Virus record (IMG/VR): IMGVR_UViG_3300044612_002375
Direction: 5' to 3' (one strand)
DNA length: 64,000 nt
From: an uncultured virus (IMG/VR IMGVR_UViG_3300044612_002375)
Taxonomy: Duplodnaviria; Heunggongvirae; Uroviricota; Caudoviricetes
The position numbers and the translations under genes are program-made. Shown piece by piece: positions 59,298 to 64,000 of the stretch (positions are counted from its first letter, which is position 1; the number at the start of each line of letters is the position of its first letter). The notes under the pieces were generated by a model that was given only the letters and a program-made list of their open reading frames with translations, was not told where the DNA came from and did not search any database.

Positions 59298-59531
59298 TTA
59301 ACCGTCACAGCAATTTGCACAAGGATTAGTTCCGCTTCTTGGTGGATTAAAAATAATTCTTGGAAGTCTTTGTGTTCCTGGTCTGTTCATTCGCAATACC
59401 AAAATATCACTGGGATCTACAGGTGCAGTTGTCAACATGGTATTTCCATACAATGTAATAAAATTTTCATACAATGTTGGATTGCAGCAGGAACGTTTGG
59501 CGACACATTGACAACAGGCTTTTTTAGGCAT
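59298..59531 (-). CDS. Small Cys-rich protein
   Basis: MPKKACCQC..CC..CANCC; TATAAATA late promoter at 59549-59556. Confidence 0.6.
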   Translation of the reverse strand: MPKKACCQCVAKRSCCNPTLYENFITLYGNTMLTTAPVDPSDILVLRMNRPGTQRLPRIIFNPPRSGTNPCANCCDG

Positions 59532-59564
59532 ATGAAGATCTCACACTATATTTATACGCAAATA

Positions 59565-59595
59565 CAACAAAAGCTCCTAAAAGGAGCTTTTGTTG
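59565..59595 (-). terminator. Rho-independent terminator after wHTH gene
   Basis: CAACAAAAGCTCCT-3nt-AGGAGCTTTTGTTG perfect 14-bp inverted repeat. Confidence 0.8.
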
Positions 59596-59614
59596 CTACA
59601 AACTTTACTAAAAT

Positions 59615-59851
59615 TTAACGAGACCGATTACGGACTACACGGTAGTACGAACGACCATTCTTTGTCTCACGAACTACGGTGTAGTTCATGTCAAAGCGAT
59701 CAAAAGCCTCACGGAGATCATGCATCGTTGCGCGCATATTAGTAACGCGGAAACGCTTGCGAGCCTCGCCAGCAGTCAAAGACGCACCGCTGCGCATAAA
59801 ATCAAACACTCTCTGAATCTTGGTCGGACGATCAACAGTAGTAATTTCCAT
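59615..59851 (-). CDS. Small winged helix-turn-helix DNA-binding protein; start re-called at 59851
   Basis: TKIQRVFDFMRSG.SLTAGEARKRF.V.NMRATMHDLR..GRSYYR; AAAGGA SD. Confidence 0.75.
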   Translation of the reverse strand: MEITTVDRPTKIQRVFDFMRSGASLTAGEARKRFRVTNMRATMHDLREAFDRFDMNYTVVRETKNGRSYYRVVRNRSR

Positions 59852-59881
59852 AAACTTTCCTTTCTTATAAGAAGTTGCAAT

Positions 59882-59909
59882 AATATACACCCCATATCCT
59901 AACTGTCAA
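59882..59909 (-). promoter_or_regulatory. Sigma70-like promoter TTGACA-N16-TATATT
   Basis: Read directly upstream of wHTH gene. Confidence 0.75.
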
Positions 59910-59945
59910 GCAATTCCCTAAATAATTCTGACTGAAGGAGGCCCT

Positions 59946-60545
59946 ATGGCTCAGAGCAATCGTCAGTTCGTAAAATTTGTGAGGCAACATCTCGCAGAAT
60001 ACGGTATGAAACTTATTATTGGCCGTGGAAAGCATGTAAATGTAGATGGTTTCCGTTGTTCTGGCTATTTTGATGAATCTGGCAAGGCTATTGCCGTTGC
60101 GGGCAAAGCAAATGAATTTATGCAGGTTTTGGTACATGAATATTGTCATTTTTTGCAATATATAAACAGCTCTAAAATTTATAACAAATCTTATGAGGCA
60201 TCAACCATTGTTGATGCGTGGTTAAAAGGCAAAAATTATCCTCTTAAAAAGGTAAAACGGGCTTTTTTCATTGTACGAGCCATGGAGAGAGACTGCGAAA
60301 GACGAGCTATGAAGATCATCAAGGACTTCAACCTAGCCATTAACAGCAAAATGTACGCAAAACGAGCCCATGTGTACATCTACAGCCACTTTTTAATGGA
60401 AAAAACTCGTAAATTTCACTCATACAAGCGAAATCCATACTATAGCAAGTATGTTTTAAAGATTATGCCATCAAATATGGCTGTTTTGAGCCACAAAACA
60501 ATCCCACCGAAGGTTTATTCGGTGTTAGAATCGTTTACAATTTGA
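59946..60545 (+). CDS. HEXXH zinc metallopeptidase-like protein
   Basis: VLVHEYCHFLQ and downstream MERDCE; CTAAATA at 59918-59924 and AAGGAGG SD. Confidence 0.7.
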   Translation: MAQSNRQFVKFVRQHLAEYGMKLIIGRGKHVNVDGFRCSGYFDESGKAIAVAGKANEFMQVLVHEYCHFLQYINSSKIYNKSYEASTIVDAWLKGKNYPLKKVKRAFFIVRAMERDCERRAMKIIKDFNLAINSKMYAKRAHVYIYSHFLMEKTRKFHSYKRNPYYSKYVLKIMPSNMAVLSHKTIPPKVYSVLESFTI

Positions 60546-60880
60546 GATTTTAAATATTTTGATACAAATTTTGTAAATGGTTGTTTGCCATAGGGCCATC
60601 TATCATCTTTATCCATAAATCCATAGTGCACCAAGTCATCTATGTACTCTTCAAGCATTTTTAAAGTTACATCATCAATATTCCATTTGATGTTGTCGTC
60701 TTCATTTACTGCTGGATTTTCAGCAGCATTATGTTCTGCGACAGCAAGGTCGGATATCTTTGCAAGGTTGCCAAGAATTTCCATTGATTTGGCGCATTGA
60801 TAAAAAAGATCCTTTTTGATTGGATCTTCTTCTTTGCGAGCCAAGTTGCGAATTTCGTAAACTAGCTCTGGGATTTTCAT
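60515..60880 (-). CDS. Hypothetical protein
   Basis: 121-aa ORF with AAGGAG SD. Confidence 0.65.
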   Translation of the reverse strand: MKIPELVYEIRNLARKEEDPIKKDLFYQCAKSMEILGNLAKISDLAVAEHNAAENPAVNEDDNIKWNIDDVTLKMLEEYIDDLVHYGFMDKDDRWPYGKQPFTKFVSKYLKSQIVNDSNTE

Positions 60881-60890
60881 CTGTAACTCC

Positions 60891-61253
60891 TTAACTTAAC
60901 GTTAGGAGATACTTGGTTTGTTGTACGACTCCAAGCATCTCATCACGTATATTTAACAGTTCTGTTTGCGAGTCATCTATTTCTTTTGGAAGTTCATTCA
61001 TCAAATAATCTTCAAAAGAATTCAATACTTGATTTGCAGATGTGCGATAAGGACCATTTAGTTGAAGTTCACTAATTTGTTTTAGTTCTTCCTTGCCTAG
61101 AGCACCCATATAGGTCTCAGCAAAGGTGTCCAAAAGAGCATCAATAGACTCATAAGCCTTTCCTAGGGCTTTGTGTGCAGCATAGGATTTAGTACCCCAG
61201 TGATGAAGTCTAAGTTCATTTTGAAAATTTAAAATGGTTTTGATGATGGACAT
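60891..61253 (-). CDS. Ferritin/Dps-like four-helix-bundle protein
   Basis: HHWGTKSYAAHKALG..YE..D.F.E and LLNIRDE..TKYLLTL. Confidence 0.75.
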   Translation of the reverse strand: MSIIKTILNFQNELRLHHWGTKSYAAHKALGKAYESIDALLDTFAETYMGALGKEELKQISELQLNGPYRTSANQVLNSFEDYLMNELPKEIDDSQTELLNIRDEMLGVVQQTKYLLTLS

Positions 61254-61263
61254 AGTATAATAT

Positions 61264-61470
61264 TTATAAACGATGTGCTTGTTTGAATACTATAAAGTCT
61301 TCTGGCACATCTTCCTTATTTTTGTTTGCTCTTTGTTTTGCTTTTTTGTATTCCACATCTGTAAGTAGAAGAGGGGTGACTTCTCCCTCCGAATCAACGT
61401 GTGCTACAAAATAATAACTGGCATTTTCATTTGGTTTACGATTGAGATTTTTAATTTTTTTCTTGGCCAT
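61264..61470 (-). CDS. Hypothetical protein
   Basis: MAKKKIKN..., TAATG coupling with upstream ORF. Confidence 0.6.
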   Translation of the reverse strand: MAKKKIKNLNRKPNENASYYFVAHVDSEGEVTPLLLTDVEYKKAKQRANKNKEDVPEDFIVFKQAHRL

Positions 61471-61751
61471 TACATTTCTACCCAAGAATAACCGTTTCCA
61501 TCATAATAGTAAACATACATTCGGCCATTTGTAACCCAAAACTGACCTTTGACAGGATTTATTGGTATACTGTCTGAAATATAAGTTTCAGTAGTACCTG
61601 TAAATTCCCAAGGATTGTTTGTTTCCCATGGAGCACTGTTTGTATTAGACTGTGCTTTCCAAAGTTTTCCTTGATATAAAACATAATCTCCTGCTGAATA
61701 TACGTTCAGAGTTCCATCAGCAGAGAATTTTTTATATTCACCACGATACAT
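61470..61751 (-). CDS. Small protein with CBM5/12-like carbohydrate-binding motif
   Basis: YSAGDYVLYQGKLWKAQ..P..W, plus C-terminal P..GQFW..MYVYY..WVE module. Confidence 0.6.
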   Translation of the reverse strand: MYRGEYKKFSADGTLNVYSAGDYVLYQGKLWKAQSNTNSAPWETNNPWEFTGTTETYISDSIPINPVKGQFWVTNGRMYVYYYDGNGYSWVEM

Positions 61752-61753
61752 TA

Positions 61754-62398
61754 TTAAGCAACCGCATAATCGACTGTAATTGTGCCTAAAACTTTTCCTG
61801 TTGTAGTATTAGTAACAATCAATGATCCAGTACCAGATGAAGATGCAGCGCATGTAATACCTACAGCCAAAGTTTCATTGGCAGTAATTGTAAACGGTGA
61901 ACCATAGGTGGCTAAACCTACTGATCCACTTGCAATATTATTTTTTGCATACAGGAGTGTTGGCGCAGCTCCGGTTCCTGTAATTGTAGATGTTAAAGAT
62001 ATAGTAATGGTAGGAATACCTTCTACAAATATAAATTGCACTCTATTGGTAGTTGCACTTGGTAATAATTGAGGACCTGAAGAAGATGCAAATCTATTTT
62101 GAATAACAGTAATTTGAGGCGAACTTAAATTTCCCCAAGTTGCAGGAGAAAGAGTAAGAGCATCATAAAGATTTGCTACACCGGTTTCATTGGTAACATC
62201 ATAATCCATCATAGCAAACTGGTCTTGAAATGCTATGTTTGACATTACCATTCCGTTGTTTGTGTTAACCCACATTTGTAGGTTATCATCCCAAGTAAAT
62301 GGTCCCATTGGTGTGGTAATATTTTTTTGACTAGACCCCGATGATATTTGACCGGTCATCGAAGTAAAAAAGTTATTCATTGTATTTTTTACGCCCAT
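61754..62398 (-). CDS. Hypothetical protein with Thr-rich beta C-terminal domain
   Basis: 214-aa ORF, AAGGA SD. Confidence 0.65.
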   Translation of the reverse strand: MGVKNTMNNFFTSMTGQISSGSSQKNITTPMGPFTWDDNLQMWVNTNNGMVMSNIAFQDQFAMMDYDVTNETGVANLYDALTLSPATWGNLSSPQITVIQNRFASSSGPQLLPSATTNRVQFIFVEGIPTITISLTSTITGTGAAPTLLYAKNNIASGSVGLATYGSPFTITANETLAVGITCAASSSGTGSLIVTNTTTGKVLGTITVDYAVA

Positions 62399-62412
62399 AG
62401 TGTTCCTTATAA

Positions 62413-62772
62413 TTATTTAGATAATTTAAATAACTTTTTAAGTTTGTCAAAAAAAGATTGATTTAACTTATTATTAACTATAGTTAAACTATTTTCCAAT
62501 ATTTTAATATTTTCATTAATTTTATTAACTTCTGTTATTAATTCTTGAATTTGTTTATTATTAATCTTATCAGTTTCTTTAACTTCATTTAACTGATATA
62601 TTACATCATTAATTACATTTTTTGTGTTAATAAACTCATCTGTTAATCTTTGAACATGCAAATAAAATGAATCATTTACTTGTTTTTTAGTAAATGATTC
62701 ATTAATAAACACTGGATTTGTTTCAGAATTTATAGAATTAAAAAATGAATTCATTGTTTCTTTTGCGCCCAT
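62413..62772 (-). CDS. Coiled-coil hypothetical protein
   Basis: 119 aa, heptad-like Asn/Ile/Leu pattern, GAGG SD, C-terminal SFFDKLKKLF. Confidence 0.6.
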   Translation of the reverse strand: MGAKETMNSFFNSINSETNPVFINESFTKKQVNDSFYLHVQRLTDEFINTKNVINDVIYQLNEVKETDKINNKQIQELITEVNKINENIKILENSLTIVNNKLNQSFFDKLKKLFKLSK

Positions 62773-62778
62773 ATTACC

Positions 62779-63156
62779 TCATTTATTACAAACTATACCA
62801 TCATCATTAGTATAATAGATTTGATGAAATATTTCTCCACACCACTTATCACAAACGGGACATGGTTTAGAATTTCTAAAATTTCCAAATCTATTGAATC
62901 TAAAATTCAACAAAACCAATTTTTCTCCACGGAGACTCTTTGGAACTTTTCTATATGCATCCAACTCGGAGTGCATATCTGCGCATCTATATCCCAAACG
63001 CACAGTATCGGGGTGGGTCTTAAAAACATTTTGACCCACCGCGATAATCTTGCGCTTATAGATGATCAAAGATATGTGCTTCTTTTGTCTTTCCATTGCC
63101 ATTGACAGTGGCTTGGCAATCGGAAGATAATTTTCAATCACATGATCTATATTCAT
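62779..63156 (-). CDS. Zinc-dependent cytidine/dCMP deaminase-fold protein
   Basis: HSE..A and SKPCPVC zinc motifs; IIAVGQN. Confidence 0.85.
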   Translation of the reverse strand: MNIDHVIENYLPIAKPLSMAMERQKKHISLIIYKRKIIAVGQNVFKTHPDTVRLGYRCADMHSELDAYRKVPKSLRGEKLVLLNFRFNRFGNFRNSKPCPVCDKWCGEIFHQIYYTNDDGIVCNK

Positions 63157-63159
63157 ATT

Positions 63160-63468
63160 TTACAACGTCAGCTTCAGTCCACCCGTCTTATCAACGGTCT
63201 TGGACGGAGTAACGAGTCCTTTATTGAGACTGGAATCATACTGAGTCTTGAGTTCATCAAGAGGCTCAACAGTAAAAGCAATGAAGGTCTTGGGAATAGT
63301 TACACCCTTAGCAGCCTTGCTATACATAAGCCAAGGCATTAGACCAATATTACCTTCACCAACTGGGATAAGAATTGCGGGATCCTTGAGGAGCCAAGAA
63401 TCTGTTTGCTCTTCAAATCTTGCGAGAATTTCTTCACCCGAGTTTAGTCTAAATAGTTTTACGTTCAT
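63160..63468 (-). CDS. Small Sm-like-fold protein
   Basis: VKLFRLNSGEEILA..LKDP..GLMPW; AAAGGA SD. Confidence 0.7.
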   Translation of the reverse strand: MNVKLFRLNSGEEILARFEEQTDSWLLKDPAILIPVGEGNIGLMPWLMYSKAAKGVTIPKTFIAFTVEPLDELKTQYDSSLNKGLVTPSKTVDKTGGLKLTL

Positions 63469-63484
63469 AAATTTCCTTTGTCAC

Positions 63485-63512
63485 ATTATAGCACTCAGAC
63501 AGAGAAAGTCAA
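63485..63512 (-). promoter_or_regulatory. Sigma70-like promoter TTGACT-N16-TATAAT
   Basis: Read directly upstream of the 63468 ATG. Confidence 0.75.
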
Positions 63513-63520
63513 AATAAAAC

Positions 63521-64000
63521 ATGATGCGATTTAGAGAATTTTTGCTGGAAGCACCAGCCCCACCAAACATTAAAGAACTACAAGATTATGTTTATGGAAA
63601 AGAGGCTGGAGGAAATGAAGATGTCGTATTGGGTCTACATGGTGGACCCAATGATCCAACAATTGGATTTGGTCACAGTCTACAAGATATAAAACAATCT
63701 AAAGAAAAATTTAATAGACTCTTTCCGGGGCTTAACGCAGATGATGTTTTTTCTGGAAAATCCAAAATAACACGAGAACAAGCTCAAACTTTATATGATG
63801 ATGATACAAATGATCAAATTAAAAAATTAAGAAAAAGTATTCTAAATTTCGATGATTATACACCAGAAGCACAAAAAGGTTTATACTCTTCTTCTTTTAG
63901 AGGAGTACTTGGTGGATCACCCAAAGCAGTTTCATTATTAAATGCAGGAAAATATGATGAAGCAGCCGATGAACTTTTAAATAATGATGAGTATAGAAAA
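63521..64000 (+). CDS. T4-lysozyme-like (GH24) muramidase, truncated by window end (missing from ORF track)
   Basis: MMRFREFLLEA...KEAG...DPTIGFGH...ITREQAQTLYDDD...FDDYTPEAQKGL...LLNAGKYDEAADELL; frame open to 64000. Confidence 0.8.
   Translation, partial: MMRFREFLLEAPAPPNIKELQDYVYGKEAGGNEDVVLGLHGGPNDPTIGFGHSLQDIKQSKEKFNRLFPGLNADDVFSGKSKITREQAQTLYDDDTNDQIKKLRKSILNFDDYTPEAQKGLYSSSFRGVLGGSPKAVSLLNAGKYDEAADELLNNDEYRK

Noticed and set aside
59269..59300. Possible read-through or fusion of the 77-aa Cys-rich ORF into the 1819-aa ORF
   Set aside because: The 29-nt gap is out of frame and a TAG lies in frame just upstream of the 59268 ATG; no clear slippery site.
1..64000. CRISPR array, tRNAs, diversity-generating retroelement, introns or inteins
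   Set aside because: Intergenic gaps are nearly all under 100 nt with no spaced repeats or cloverleafs; no reverse transcriptase; gp17, gp20, gp23, gp46 and UvsW have ordinary lengths.
1..64000. Alternative genetic code (stop-codon reassignment)
   Set aside because: Core genes are full length in the standard code, and TAA, TGA and TAG all end genes at expected positions.

Overview
A 64-kb segment of a large, AT-rich T4-like myovirus-type phage genome read in the standard genetic code; no tRNA, rRNA, CRISPR array, integrase or reverse transcriptase was seen. In order it holds: fibre/collagen virion genes (1-6082); a TPR-GT2 glycosyltransferase and the regA-62-44-45-46-47-gmd-55 replication/transcription block (6148-14393); a very AT-rich 13-gene sugar biosynthesis/glycosyltransferase island (14424-23899); uvsY-uvsW; the head, neck, tail and baseplate module from gp3 and gp23 to gp26/gp51 (26631-49504); gp32 and gp33; and an accessory region with a 1819-aa Cys-rich RCC1-like protein, a wHTH/HEXXH-peptidase pair, ferritin-like, deaminase and Sm-like genes, ending in a truncated lysozyme. 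The most notable signals are: (1) a candidate phage-encoded virion glycosylation system, with a G-x-[T/S/C] motif dense in virion proteins; (2) a strongly reduced contractile tail (degenerate sheath, short gp6/gp7, split hub, no gp5/gp8 at the usual sites, about 149 aa in the tape-measure slot) plus a lysozyme with a capsid-targeting-like N-terminus; (3) a likely -1 frameshift fusing gp26 and gp51; (4) seven sigma70-like promoters that all have a 16-bp spacer, with many leaderless-looking starts. All gene calls rest on motif recognition and synteny, not database searches.
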